From Eledone cirrhosa (lineage: Eukaryota), in contig OZ024742.1 of the NCBI GenBank assembly GCA_964016885.1, positions 130,324,001 through 130,388,000 of the forward strand: a stretch of 64,000 nt of DNA, given 5' to 3'. Positions 12,710 through 25,103 of the stretch are shown here, piece after piece. The notes beneath the pieces were generated by a model. The model did no database searches. It was not told the DNA's origin and was given only the letters and a program-made list of their open reading frames with translations. The translations under genes and the position numbers were made by a program. Every line of letters begins with the position of its first letter. Position 1 is the stretch's first letter.

Positions 12710-12907
12710 AGTTTATCCCGAGTTCAATCGGGGGTAACCAGAGTAAGTAAGGTACTCAATACAAAGCAGAGTATAAATATTTAATATAGAAAGGCTTCTA
12801 CAGGACTAGAACGGTTTCATTCGGTAGAAATCATCAGGAAGACTTCCTGATGATTTCTACCGAATGAAACAGTTCTAGTCCTGAAGAAGCCTTTCTATAT
12901 TAAATAT
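12710..12907. mobile_element. Fold-back element, family C, with two divergent hammerhead folds (12795-12841 minus, 12843-12889 plus)
   Basis: Palindrome centred at 12842; cttc CTGATGA tttc tacc gaat GAAA cag ttctagtc ctg TA gaag consensus, one substitution in each arm. Confidence 0.8.
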
Positions 12908-12924
12908 ATATATATATATATGGA

Positions 12925-13205
12925 ATAGAATGAAACGAAATTTCATTTCTCACTCTTAGTACGGGACTTACTTAAATGTAAGTATGTATACGTACATACA
13001 TATATCTATACAGATGTACAGTAGTATGTATATATATACATACATGCACACATATATATATATGCACGTATCGGTTTACCGAACATTATAATGCTCGGTT
13101 TGTTTGTGTGTCAGTGTTGAACAAAAAGGTGACGTGGTTGCCTAAACACTGTACAGCGTAATTCTGGCTGTTTGTTTGTTTACAAACAAACCGAGCATTA
13201 TAATA
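12925..13205. mobile_element. Deleted relative of the 33229-34110 element
   Basis: Shares TCAGTGTTGAACAAAAAGGTGACGTGGTTGCC and the GAAATTTCATTTCTCACTCTTAGT terminus; short inverted arms 13087-13102 and ~13183-13203. Confidence 0.7.
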
Positions 13206-13343
13206 ATTTTGAATCACCCTCAATAAAATATTATTTCCACTAATTTGTCTTGGTTGCCCTTGAAATATATATAATAAAATAATTATGGTTTTATAAATAT
13301 AGTTTCCATTTATTAATATATTGTATATATATATATATATGTG

Positions 13344-13428
<85 letters not shown>

Positions 13429-13867
13429 ACACATACACACACGTGTGTATGTGTTTGTGTGTGCGTGCGAGTGTATATATGTGTGTGCGTGTGTATATAT
13501 TTGTGTATGTGTGTGTGTGTGTGTGTGTGTTAAGTGGGGAAGAGCAAAGAACACGAAACAATAGGGAGGCGATGAAAAAGAATAAAAAATGTGTGTTTCA
13601 TTTACTTGGCAGCTTTATAAGGGACAAGGCATTCTGAGACTGGAGAGATTTATACTGTAGAAATGGTTGCCCCTTTTCAGAGGTAGCCATTACCCAGAAA
13701 TATTAATAATACAAGCCACAGTAACTGTCATAAAATAATATACTAATAAACAAATAGTAGAAATATTTTTCTAAACTGGGTTACAAATTGGTTGTTAGTT
13801 GTAAAGTAATACGTTTGTACGAGCGCCTGTATAGTTATGTGTATGTATGCATACACCTGTATCTCTA

Positions 13868-13906
<39 letters not shown>

Positions 13907-13995
13907 TAATAAATAAACAGAGAACCAAAAACAGAAAAAACGAAGAGGCAATACAAACGATATTAGTATTAGTTTCACGCTTGAGAGGGGGGGGG

Positions 13996-14026
13996 GACGT
14001 TTCGGGCATAAGCCCTTCATCAGGAG
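13996..14026 (-). ncRNA. Degenerate minimal hammerhead (family J)
   Basis: CTGATGA a gggc ttat gccc GAAA cg TC; stem I partner replaced by poly-C; relatives at ~10519-10551 (plus) and 60224-60254 (minus). Confidence 0.55.
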
Positions 14027-14729
14027 AAAAGTGGGTAGTAAGAGAGTTCCAAGGGTATGTGGGGGAGTGGTGGAAAGACATTTAAAAAAAGTGGGGGGAG
14101 AGGGGGAAGGAAACATTTTTTTTTGAGAGTAAAGGAAATAAAAAAAAAATAAAGATAAAAATAAAAATAAACAAGTGGTGAAAAAAAATATATATATATA
14201 AAAATAAATTAACGGAGTCATAAACTCGCGTTGGTCCCTGTTATCTTAAGTTTTCTTAGAATTGTATGGAAAGTATTCACTTAACACGCACGCTGATGAA
14301 CCTGGGTGTTTCTTTCCATTCACTAATCTTTTGGCGAAAGTTTGTATGTGTGCGATATATAGTTATAAAGGTGGGTAAATTCATTCTGATTTTATTTTTA
14401 ATTATTATGCATCTACCTCACTTTTCTTAGTTTATAGATTCCATACACTGGTGGTTGTCCCTGTACATTGATAAACACACACCCTCTCTCGTGTAATAGT
14501 AATAATAATAAATGTGAAGACTAAAATCCAAAGAGGGCTCGATAAGGATAAATATATATCAAATATATAAGAACCCTAGAGCAAATATTTATTAAAATAA
14601 CAGATTAAAGCTTAAGCAAAGAATCGCTGCTTTCACCCTTAACGGGATCTTCTGAAGATCCCGTTAATAGTAATTAATAGAATTAGTAATTAATAGTAAT
14701 TAATAGTAATTAATAGAAAAAGATAATCC

Positions 14730-15842
14730 ATAATACAATTCTTCAATAGCTACAACCTTAAGTTAGAAATAGAGAATAACTATAAAATTGTTAACTTTTT
14801 AGACGTAACATTAAACCTTAACACAGGGCTCTACTATCCATTCCATAAAATTAATGAGAATCTAAACTATATAAGTTTTAACTCTAATCATCCTAGATCT
14901 ATCAAGAACACTATTGTTAATTCTATCCAACAACGTATTTCACGCATCTCCGCTAATAAAAACATTTTTGTCGATAAGGCAGAATATTATAATGAAGCTT
15001 TAAATATAGCAGGCTATATAAATAAGATTAAATACATCGACAACAGTAATAAGGCAAATAACCCTACTATTAATTATAATTATAATAAAAAATCTAACTT
15101 AAACTCTAAAACTAACAGAAGAAATAGAACTAGAAATATTATTTGGTACTCACCCCCATTCTCATTAAGCGTTAAAACACCTTTAGCAAAGCTATTCTTT
15201 AAAGCACTAGACAAATGTTTCCCTAAAACCCACAGATACCACTCAATCTTTAACAGACATACTATAAAACTACCTTACTCTACTACTATGAACATAGCAC
15301 AGAATATAAATAGAATCAATAATAGAAATTTAAACCATAACCAAAATAGCAGTAATATCTCTAGCAATATCCAACATAATACTACCGTTCTGAATAAAAA
15401 CAACTCCGCAAAATGTAACTGCAGAATTAAATTAAACTGTCCTTTACAAAATAAGTGTTTAGATAAGGACGTGGTCTATAAATGTACAGTCAAAACCAGT
15501 GATAATATATTTAACTATGTAGGTGCAACTTCTACGGAATTTAAAAGTCGCTGGAATAATCACAAATGCTCTTTCCAAAGATTTGATAAAAAATCTTCAA
15601 CTTCTCTTTCAAACTTGATATGGAACTTAAAATGCAATAATATGGACTAATCTTTAACTTGGGAAATAGTTTATAAAGTACCCTCATACTGTAACACGAA
15701 TTTATCTGGATTTTGCAAATTGTGTGTTGAGGAAATTTTTTTCATACTTAAATGTAAGAACTCTATTAATATAAGGACGAATTTATTTAGTTCTTGTAGA
15801 CATCGCCTGAATTCAACATTTAGAACTATATATAAATTATAA
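14730..15842 (+). pseudogene. Naiad PLE RT C-terminus and GIY-YIG endonuclease (one in-frame TAA at 15648)
   Basis: VNFLDVTL, SNHP, IIWYSPPFS, CNCRIKLNCPLQNKC, VVY..YVG, FKSRWNNH, CKLCVEE and CRH in a single frame. Confidence 0.9.
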
Positions 15843-16909
15843 TTACACTTATAATATTTCTACTTATTTCCATAACAATCTTATCCACTTGGTTTTAATA
15901 TATTGATATCTCTAAATCATATCTATAACATTTGCTATAATTTCACTTCTTAAAGTTTCTTAAAATATATACATATATCATTCTAATTTTTTAATTTTAA
16001 TTTTAATTTTAATTTCAATTGTAATTTTAATCTTAATAATTTTTAATTTTTTATTTTTTATTTCTTTAATTTTTTAAAATCTATTTAAAAAAATTACTTA
16101 TTTTTTAAAATTTACTTATCTCTTATAAATTTTTTTAAATTAAATTTTCCCGAATTTTTTATATTTTTTCAATATCTTTTATTAGATTTATAACCACTAA
16201 CTAATTCTGGCTAAATATATCTTTCAACATTTATACTTATTTTGACAAAATAGTCTCATACTAACGAATAAATAAACAAAACTGGAGTTTTTCCGTATCT
16301 TCCCATTTTAAAATATATAAATATTCTTATTAACTCAGTTAACTTAATTTAATTTAACTTAACTTAATTTTTACTTACATTAAATATAAAACCAATATCC
16401 CCCATAACTCATTAAAACAATTATCTATAACACGATATACCATCTATTCATTTATTTATCTATTTATCCATTTATCTATTTATTTATTTATTTATATATT
16501 TATTTTTCTATTTATTTTTTTATCTATTCTTCTATCTATTTATTTCTCTATCTACTTATAACAGTAAATATTATATTAGAAAATATTTTTAACAACTAAT
16601 TAATCGTAAATACACGTACCATTAGATATATACTTAGAATATATTCCCCCAAATTAACGTTATATGAGTTTTATTCATCTTCTTGTTAATTTCTTCTCTC
16701 TATCTCTCTCGTAATATTTTTTTATTTTTTCTCTCTCTCTTTCAACAGTATCATTTAAATAAACGGTTGTTTTTCAATTATTTACATATTCATTTGCATA
16801 TTAACACATAAGTTTGAATAATCCCTAATATATTTCCACTATCCAGTGGATTTCCAACCGATAAGGTATGATTTTCATGGGTTTGTCTCTATTTATAAAA
16901 CAAACTTTG

Positions 16910-16974
16910 TATTTTATCTGATGAAAGCGCACCAATGTTGTCTTGGTTGCCCTTGAAATATATATAATAAAATA
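16910..16974 (+). ncRNA. Type I hammerhead ribozyme in the Naiad pLTR (family A)
   Basis: 8-bp stem I tattttat/ataaaata, CTGATGA, stem II aag..acca/tggt..ctt, GAAA, palindromic tatata stem III, AUA site. Confidence 0.88.
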
Positions 16975-17109
16975 AATATGGTTTTATAAATATAGTTTCC
17001 ATTTATTTAATATCATTGAATATTTACTACAGTAAATTGTTGAGTGCTCTAAATCAGTTATAAACATTTATATTTGTCGGACTTCCAACAAATTAAATAC
17101 CACTTCTAC

Positions 17110-17190
<81 letters not shown>

Positions 17191-17530
17191 CCTTTTTGTT
17201 CTTGTTCATAAGCTGACATACGTACGTACATTTGAACCTAAAACACACTTATATGTTATAAACTAAAAGGTGGAAGCAGGTGTGTTCTTCACTCCATCCT
17301 TCTTTCTTCCTCTGATTATAAACCACTCTTCTTTTCCTTTCTTTCTTTTTTTTTTTTACACGTTTCTCTAATTATGCTCTTCGATCGACTATTGAATGAA
17401 TTCTGAATCACCTCATCTCAAAAGGAGAGCCGCTACGTGTTCGTTCGACATGCTAGAAATGGCAACAACATATTTCGAATATTAAACACTATTGTTGTAG
17501 AGTGTAAAGGACAATGCCTATGACGTTTTC

Positions 17531-17673
17531 GGCGTAACTAGGGAAAATAGAGTCTATGGCAAGCAGTGAAATTGGGCCCCATCCCAAACATCTGACGTCC
17601 ATTTTTCCATAAAGTCCAAGTTACGTCCCCCTGCAAGTGGGGCTCATGACACGTGCCATGTCCTAGTTACGCC
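17531..17673. mobile_element. Small TIR element (hAT-like MITE remnant)
   Basis: GGCGTAACTAGG / CCTAGTTACGCC inverted termini. Confidence 0.55.
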
Positions 17674-17766
17674 TAAGTCCTCCACCTACCCCCCACTCTC
17701 CTGAGCGTGAATCTAATAAACATTTGTCGTACTGCCTCTCTGTTCTGTCCCTGTTCAATTTTTTAT

Positions 17767-17821
<55 letters not shown>

Positions 17822-18033
17822 AAATTGTTCAAGACCCCGACGGAAGAGCTCAAGCCGTTTCGACGGCTATTTCTGGACTAATATATATATATATATATAT
17901 ATATACAAAGATCGGAATTAAGAGTATTCCGCAGTTCACTGTAATAATAATAATAACAGTATTAGCTCAAAGAAGAATAGAGAATTTCCTTCTGAGCTCA
18001 AATGCAAGTATATATACTTATATATATATATAC

Positions 18034-18157
18034 GATGATTTCTCACGAATGAAACAGTTCTAGTCCTGTAGAAGCTCTTTTATATTAAAACCTTTATACT
18101 CTGCTATGTATTGAGTACCTTACTTACTGTGGTTACCTCCGATTCAACCGGGAATAA

Positions 18158-18160
<3 letters not shown>
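18034..18160 (+). mobile_element. Family C element with truncated hammerhead
   Basis: GATGA tttc tcac gaat GAAA cag..ctg TA gaag, followed by TATTGAGTAC; flanked by (TA)n. Confidence 0.75.
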
Positions 18161-18224
<64 letters not shown>

Positions 18225-18449
18225 CGGCATTTTGTAGTTTGCCAATAATTCCTAGCAATAGGCATAAGGCCAGAAAATTGAGGTGGGAAATGTTAGTCGA
18301 TTATATCGACCTCAGTATTTGATTGGTACATAATTTTATCGATCTCGAAAGAATGAAAAGCAGAGTTGACCTTGTAAAGAGTAAGGCATTTTTTGGACAA
18401 TCTAATGACGCTACCGACTCACTGTTCTTGTCATAAATAATTGTTTCTT

Positions 18450-19630
18450 TAGTGAGAATAGGCAGTATAAATGCAGGCGGCTTGGGGTCGTCTTGGAAGC
18501 TTGACCACTGAACATAGATGTGGTGGCCATCAGCGATTCTTCGCACTCATTATCGACGGCTACGCGGTGTATGCATCTCCAAACCGTCCGGGATCTGTGG
18601 GTAGAGTTGCAATGCTGTTTCGGAAAGGCTTAAATCTCATGATACAAACTATCCTCCTGGATCCAGAAAGTTAGTTGGTGAACGGACGGACGGACTGACC
18701 GGTTAAATTGATCGAGGTCTAGTTGGTCCAAACCTCGAAATAGCCAAAAGTTGAGACGAGGTAACGACAAGGGTGGCTACTATTACCCTGAAATGGGCCG
18801 AGACGGAAGCTATTCCTGAAAGGTCAGGTGGAGGTGGCGAACGCTTACATCGCGTCTGCCATCTACTACCGACTGACCGTCATGCTTTGTCCTGGTCCAC
18901 GTCAGACTGCAATGGTTTGTTTGCCTTTTTCGATTTTTGTAGAAGGGACGCGTGCTAATGGTAGGCGGTCCATTTGTTGCCAACACCCGCTGCGAAGAAG
19001 ACTGGGCACGCAGTCGTTGATGATGCACAAACAGGGGCCAAGGCTACGTCATCTACAGTTTTACCTCGATTGTGAACAGGTGTTGTCACCGTTTGCTGGG
19101 AACGTGTTTCTTCAGCTCATCGATGTCCGAACATTGCTAATTTGTGGGTTTATGTCGAACACCTACTATCACGTGTAGGACGAACCCAGTTATCAACTGA
19201 ATCTATCTTTAAGATCGACCCACCGTTTTCCTTCAACTGGGAAGACATGCAGTTTTTAATTGCTGGTGGGCATGGTGAAAGAGATCGTGTGATGGAAGCA
19301 TTTGAAAGGGTTGAAAAAGCGCTAATTAACTTTTTCGGGTTTCACTTGAAGAGAAAAATTATGGTGGAGAGGGAAGTGCTGCCTACTAGGCAGTTCCTTG
19401 AAAGGTGGACGAGAGTGGCGAGCATGGCCCTAATGAGTATATACCTGCTCTGAGTATACACAGGTAGACTTGAGGGCAACTGGGAGGGGACTCTTTCCCC
19501 AGCGGCCACGGTGACTGGCTTTTTGTGGGCCTTCTCCACGAGTGACCATCGGAGATCTCTCCCTATTTGGGCTTTTGTTTTATCTTTTATTGTTTTCTTA
19601 GGGTGAGCGCTGTGTGACTAATAAAAAAAC
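18450..19630 (+). mobile_element. Degenerate, internally deleted L1-Tx1 copy
   Basis: EVANAYIASAIYYRLTV..RRSICCQHPL homologous to the ORF at 21053-22771. Confidence 0.85.
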
Positions 19631-19639
19631 CCATTAATA

Positions 19640-20025
19640 AATGCTTCTACATTTAGCACAAGGACAGAAATTTGAAAGGAAAGAGAAAAGTCGATGAAAT
19701 CAACCCCAGTATACTACTGGTACTTTATTTTATCGACCACGTAAGGATGAAAGGAAAAGTTAATCTCGGCGGAATTTGAACTCAGGACGTAAAGAGCTGT
19801 AGCCATTATTGGTTTCTGATTTAGGCACAAGGCCAACATATTGTTGGAGAGGGGAATTCGATTGAATCTACCTCAGTGCGTTACTGGTATTCTATTTTAT
19901 CGACCCCGTGAAGATGAAAGGCAAAGCTAATCTCGGTGGGATTTGAACCCTAAACACGAAGTGCCATAAATATGCCGCAAAGCATTTTGTTAGACGCCCT
20001 AACGATTCCGTCAATCCACCGCCCT
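19640..20025 (-). mobile_element. Cluster of major tRNA-SINE copies
   Basis: Two copies of the TATCGACC..GATGAAAGG..GGATTTGAAC core. Confidence 0.75.
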
Positions 20026-20299
20026 CTTGTTGTCATTAATAATAATGATTTCTAACAGCAGAAATGTTTTGGGAAAGGGTATTGCCGATTACACCGACTA
20101 GTACTTCATTTTACTGATTCCAGAAGGATAAAAAGTAAAGGTGCCTCTGACAGGATTTGAAATCAGAACTTAACTAGCATTTAACGGATCCAGCGACCCA
20201 CCACTGCTATAATCATCCTCTCTCCTGCCCCCAGGCCTTGCCTCGCCCAGAAATCTAATGACCTGGATGGCGCAGGTTTCCTAGCAGGGCTAGACAGAG

Positions 20300-20650
20300 A
20301 CACGGCAAAAGGCCAGGCGGCATAACAATCTTCTCATTCCATGAGGGTAGGCCCTCATCTGGGTTGTCACTTGCTGTGACACCAACTCAAGTGGCAACCT
20401 AGTGTGTTCGGCTACCAACTCTGCTGTCCACCAAGCCGAAGAGGGCAAATTGTGCAAGTATAGGCTGCTCTCGGATAGGTTTGTGGTAGAGCCTATAGCA
20501 GTGGAGACTTTCGGCATTCTTGACCCCCGGACCACATCCCTACTCACTGCTATCGGAGCAGAGTTGACCGCCCGCAAAGTGGAGTGGCTGTTCCAGCGCG
20601 TCTCCCTCGCCGTTCTACAGGGCAATGTATTCTCCATCCTTTCGGCAGAG
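20300..20650 (+). mobile_element. CRE-like RLE fragment
   Basis: AEEGKLCKY..PIAVETFG..WLFQRVSLAVLQGN. Confidence 0.75.
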
Positions 20651-20761
20651 ACCCAGAGGCGGAGGGTAAGTTAGTTGGAAGTGGAGGGTACTCGTTCAGA
20701 CGTCACTTTCTCTCCATTTCGTTAAATGTTTATGTTGTTGAATCTTTTCGTTGCTATATAT

Positions 20762-22778
20762 ATAATAATAATAATGATTTCATTTATTAGCCACAAGGGC
20801 CGACATGTAGGGGACAATACAAAGACAGGGACAGTGGGGTTTACAATAAGGTCGAGTAAAAGTGCACAATGGCAAGACTAATTTAACAATGAAAATATAA
20901 AAATATAAAATAAACTATGCATAAATATAACAAAATAAATTCCCCGATAGGGGGTGGACGACCTGGGGTGATTCGAGTACCCCACCAATCCTGAACCACC
21001 CTGCGCTTCTAGGGCACCCAGGGAGAGCACTCCTCTCCTCAAGTTAGCCAGCCTATAGGCGCATGGTCAGAGTAGGCCCATTCACACGAGCCATTCTCGC
21101 CACATTCACCCACCTTTTAGCAAATGTACTGGGGGGCAGCACTTCTCTCTCCACCCTCACCCCCCTTTCCAGGTGAAACTTGAAGAAGTTGATGAGGGAT
21201 TGGCCGAAGAGAAAAATGTTTGTCTTTAGTCCTTTCAACCTGGTCCACCATATAATCTCTTTCGCAACTGCCACCAGACAGAGGAAAATGTCCTGCTCTT
21301 CCTGACCTAAGGAAGGTGGAGGCTCGATCTTCACTATGGACTCGGCCGATAGCCGGATTCGTTCCACACGCGACAGTAGCTGTTCGACATAACTCCACAA
21401 GTCAGTAATGCACGGACATTGGACAAGTGCGTGCAAAACGGTTTCGTCGTTCTGTGCGCATCTTGGGCAGGTCCGTCTGACAGGACTTCCGTGCCTGTAG
21501 AGTTTATCCCGAACCGGCAGTGCCCCCCGGTAGCACTGCCAAGCGAGGGATTTCTGGAAATTGTTCATCGTCCCCGGCTCAAAAGTCCTCCGGTACAGAC
21601 TGGTCAGTTCGACCTCGTCGAGGCCCAAAGCTTCTCCGAGTGCGTCATCGCACTTGCCCACCACTAATCCTCTATAGAACTCGAGAGTGGAAGTTCCACT
21701 GATCGCATTGCCCGCTTGGTAGAGGGCAGTGAGTGCCTGGCAACATTCCAGGTGCCAGTCACCCAGTCTCGGTCTCTTCTTGACCCAGGACTGCAGCTCA
21801 GTCAAAGAAATGAGCTGCGGAAAGGCCCGTCTGATAAACGGCGACCACACCTGTTCACCATTGAGGCAGAATATCTGGAGATGTCGCAGCCTCAACGCAT
21901 GTCTGCGCATCTTTAGCCACGGCATGCCCAGCCCTCCGCGTAGAGGGTGCTGGCAGCAGATGGACCGCCTCACCAACGGAACTTGTCCCCTCCACAAGAA
22001 TTTGAAGAGGAGCCGTTCCAACTTGACGAGGCGCGGACGGGGGCAAGGCACAACGGTTAGGCGGTAGTAGATGACGGACGCGATGTACGCATTCGCCACC
22101 TCCGCGCGACCTTTTAGTGATAGCTTCCTCCCAGCCCATTTTTGGGTGAGACTGGCTACTCTGTTCGTTACCTCGTCCCAATTCTTTTCCACCTGGAGGT
22201 CTGGTCCGAACCAAACCCCGAGCAACTTTACCGGTCCGTCCGTCCAGCGCCCCACGACGCTGTTGGACGGCATGGGCTTGCCTCTCCAGGTTCCGAGCTG
22301 CAACTTTTCCGGGTTAAGTTTGGCTCCTGTCAACCTTTCATATTCCTTCAGTAAGGTGCCGACCACCTCGATTTCTGAGGTGTTCGACACCATCACGGTG
22401 ATGTCGTCCGCATAAGCCGACACCGCCTTTCCACGTCCCGGTTCGAGCGGGATGCCCTGCAACAGCTCCAGCTTCCGCAGTAAAGGCTCGAGAGTCAATA
22501 CGTACAGAAGGGAAGAGAGAGGGCACCCTTGACGGACCGATCGGGAGAGCCGAAATGGTTCCAAGAGGTGGCCATTAACCTTGACCACCGAGCGTGTGCC
22601 GCTGTGCATTGCAACGATCCAGCTTCTAAAGACAGGGCCGAAGCCAGCTGCTTTGAGGACAAACTCCAGATACCGATGGTCGACCCTATCGAATGCTTTT
22701 GATTGATCTAAATTGATCAGTGCCCCACCGAAGCCAGGTTTACACCCTACCCTCTCTATGATGTATCGCATGAGGTGG
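20762..22778 (-). mobile_element. 5'-truncated L1-Tx1 clade LINE
   Basis: ORF2 3' half, 3' UTR, AATAAA and (ATT)n tail on the reverse strand. Confidence 0.9.
21053..22771 (-). CDS. L1-Tx1 ORF2 fragment (RT plus CCHC zf-RVT), 572 aa open
   Basis: DQSKAFDRV, VRQGCPLS, YADD, KLLGV, CPRC..ETVLHALVQC. Confidence 0.9.
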   Translation of the reverse strand: MRYIIERVGCKPGFGGALINLDQSKAFDRVDHRYLEFVLKAAGFGPVFRSWIVAMHSGTRSVVKVNGHLLEPFRLSRSVRQGCPLSSLLYVLTLEPLLRKLELLQGIPLEPGRGKAVSAYADDITVMVSNTSEIEVVGTLLKEYERLTGAKLNPEKLQLGTWRGKPMPSNSVVGRWTDGPVKLLGVWFGPDLQVEKNWDEVTNRVASLTQKWAGRKLSLKGRAEVANAYIASVIYYRLTVVPCPRPRLVKLERLLFKFLWRGQVPLVRRSICCQHPLRGGLGMPWLKMRRHALRLRHLQIFCLNGEQVWSPFIRRAFPQLISLTELQSWVKKRPRLGDWHLECCQALTALYQAGNAISGTSTLEFYRGLVVGKCDDALGEALGLDEVELTSLYRRTFEPGTMNNFQKSLAWQCYRGALPVRDKLYRHGSPVRRTCPRCAQNDETVLHALVQCPCITDLWSYVEQLLSRVERIRLSAESIVKIEPPPSLGQEEQDIFLCLVAVAKEIIWWTRLKGLKTNIFLFGQSLINFFKFHLERGVRVEREVLPPSTFAKRWVNVARMARVNGPTLTMRL

Positions 22779-23109
22779 TGACTGAGAGGGTGAACTGACT
22801 AAGCGAATTTCGTTGAAATCTGCGGTGGCTAATGGTCAACTTCCTTCGGACATGCGCTTGCGCAGGCCGGTGGGGGTGAATTCGTACTCACAAGGGAGCG
22901 GATGAAAAACACCAAAACACGCAATTCATTCGTTCCCATGTCGATACAATTTGGATTGCCTCGGAAACATAACCTTATTATGTAACAAGCTGTCTGATGA
23001 TGACACGACACTCGCACACAGAACAGTGTGGCCAGTGTCGTCACTGAAATATATATCACAGCATTATTATTAAAGGACTTGAACACCTGAAACTACTTCG
23101 CTTTTCCTT

Positions 23110-23115
<6 letters not shown>
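22779..23115 (+). mobile_element. Family B pLTR-type element abutting the Tx1 5' truncation
   Basis: Homologous to 4955-5333; ends in (TA)n. Confidence 0.8.
22989..23062 (+). ncRNA. Type I hammerhead ribozyme (family B)
   Basis: gctgt CTGATGA ..acgacact..agtgtcgt.. GAAA tatata TC acagc. Confidence 0.85.
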
Positions 23116-23169
<54 letters not shown>

Positions 23170-23744
23170 ATAAAGTGAAATGACAGGAGGCCAAATATGT
23201 TGAATTTCCAAATTTTTTTTTATTTCTGTAAACACTATGAAATGAATAAATAAAAAAAAAAAAAGGAAATTCGTCATATTTGGCTTCCTTTCATTTCACT
23301 TTACAATACATTTAATCCGTTCACGCACAACCAACATGATTCAACATCGAAAAAGGATGAGTTACATAACGTCGAGTGCTTCTCTTATATTACGTCATGA
23401 GTATTATTGCAGAATGACCAATTCTACCCAGTGGTAAACCACCAAATTTAAACGTATATATATATATATATATATATATATGATATATATATGACAGGCT
23501 TCCGCACAGTTTCTGTTATAAAACTCGAAAATATCTATCATAGTAGTGTCGGACTCTATTTCTTTGCAGTATTTATGTTTTATCCCTTCACCTTTTTAAA
23601 GTTTAAATCTCGACGAACAGCTTTAATTTCTCAATAAAATAAAAATCTATAATATAATAGGATCGATTTAATCGAAGTTATTTCCTCCCAACTATCTACA
23701 TGTCTCTTTGTCACTCTAAGAAATTATTATTAAGAATCATCGTA

Positions 23745-23950
23745 GAGCGGCGGATTAGTAACATTGAACAACATGACTTGCGGCATATATGAGTTACGGC
23801 CCTTTATGTTCTGAGTTCAAATACCGCCGAGGATAGCTTTGCCTTTCATCCTTACGGGGTCGATAAAATAAAGTACCAGAAACGCATCGATTTAATCGAT
23901 TTACCCCTACGCCAAAATCGTTGACCTTGTGCTTAAATCAGAAACCATTA
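23745..23950 (+). mobile_element. Major tRNA-SINE copy
   Basis: GAGTTCAAATACCGCCGAGG..GCCTTTCATCCTTACGGGGTCGATAAAAT. Confidence 0.8.
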
Positions 23951-24194
23951 TTAACAATCACCGTATCACAATTTTAAGAATGCAAGAGCTAAGTTTTAAC
24001 TCATAGTTTAGACTCCCACCCCCAAATTAAAGATAAAATAAAAAAGAAAAATTAGTAATTGTTTAATAACTAACAGACATACATGCCGCCAACGGACGAT
24101 TCCACTTATGTGTGACATTATCTAACGTTTGCTTCTTCTAGCTCTACGTGTATTATTACTGTATATAAAGTAAACGAAGTATCAATTTAGTATG

Positions 24195-24225
<31 letters not shown>

Positions 24226-24557
24226 TATATAGTATGTATGTATGAAGAGTGTTTTAATGTTTGTGTGTGAGTGTCTTCGCTGCTCGTGGACTACCATACC
24301 CTCACCCGTTTGTATTCCTTGGATAGCGTGAGTGGCTGACTGACTAACTTGCTTGTTTACTCGTATATTTTCGCTTACTCCTTCGTTAAATATATAATAA
24401 CCTCCTTTTATTTTTTGAAAGAGGTTTGTTTTAAATTCACATCTTCAACCTCATTTCGCGCTGTTTTAAATATATAATTTATACACGCTAACAATTCCAA
24501 TAACCATTTAATTTTATCGCTTTGCGAAAGAAAAAGTAAGAAACGAAATCCGCGCAC

Positions 24558-25103
24558 ATGTCCGTAAACACCACACATAATACCACAATGGCTGAGCAAT
24601 ATGATTTAGCAATTAAATTTATATCCGATAACTGGCCTCACATCACCATGGGGTTGGCTTTTATGCTAGTAATTTATTTATTCGTTTTCAAACGAATCCA
24701 TTGCTACTTTCCTTACCTAACACGCAAGACGATCCATGGAGCACTAAATTCTGAAATGGAAATGCAAATGTCGACATTTTTCTATCCTTTGAAAGTCGAA
24801 CAAATGAAATTAGATCGACCGTTGGAAATTTTGGACATCAGCGGTGCTAGTAGCCGTATCGATTACTTTCCCACCGACTCTCATGTAACCAGTATGGATT
24901 CAAATCCATTCACGAGGGCTTATATGGAAACAAAAGGTCTGGAATGCAATAAAGCAATTTTCAAGGAATTTATAGAATCTTCAATCAATAGTTTAGAAGA
25001 TTTGGAAGCAGAAAGTTTTGATTCGATTGTTTCGTTTCAAAGTCTCTGTTCCGTTGGACAACCTGAAAATGTTTTACAAGAAATCGTACGAATTCTTCGT
25101 CCT
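24558..25103 (+). CDS. METTL7A: METTL7/TMT1-like methyltransferase, exon 1 (start at 24558 or, with better Kozak context, 24588)
   Basis: N-terminal hydrophobic anchor, YFPY, MDSNP, SFDSIVSFQSLCSV..VLQEIVRILRP, then GTAAGT donor at 25104; symbol denotes family-level similarity. Confidence 0.88.

Larger units (their letters stand above)
14720..17112 (+). mobile_element. 5'-truncated Penelope-like element, Naiad type
   Basis: RT end, thumb, CxCx5Cx5C linker and GIY-YIG domain, then ~1 kb AT-rich 3' region and a hammerhead-bearing pLTR ending at (CA)n(TA)n. Confidence 0.9.

Noticed and set aside
14495-14666. Repeat family (also 57235-57465 and 62305-62400) with CAGAAGA..ccc/ggg..GAAA on minus
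   Set aside because: Core has A at the U4 position and I found no stem I or III pairing; left as an unclassified TA-associated repeat
15648-15650. In-frame stop in the Naiad ORF as selenocysteine recoding (reported for some Naiads)
   Set aside because: The codon is TAA rather than TGA and is not at an evident Cys position; most likely decay
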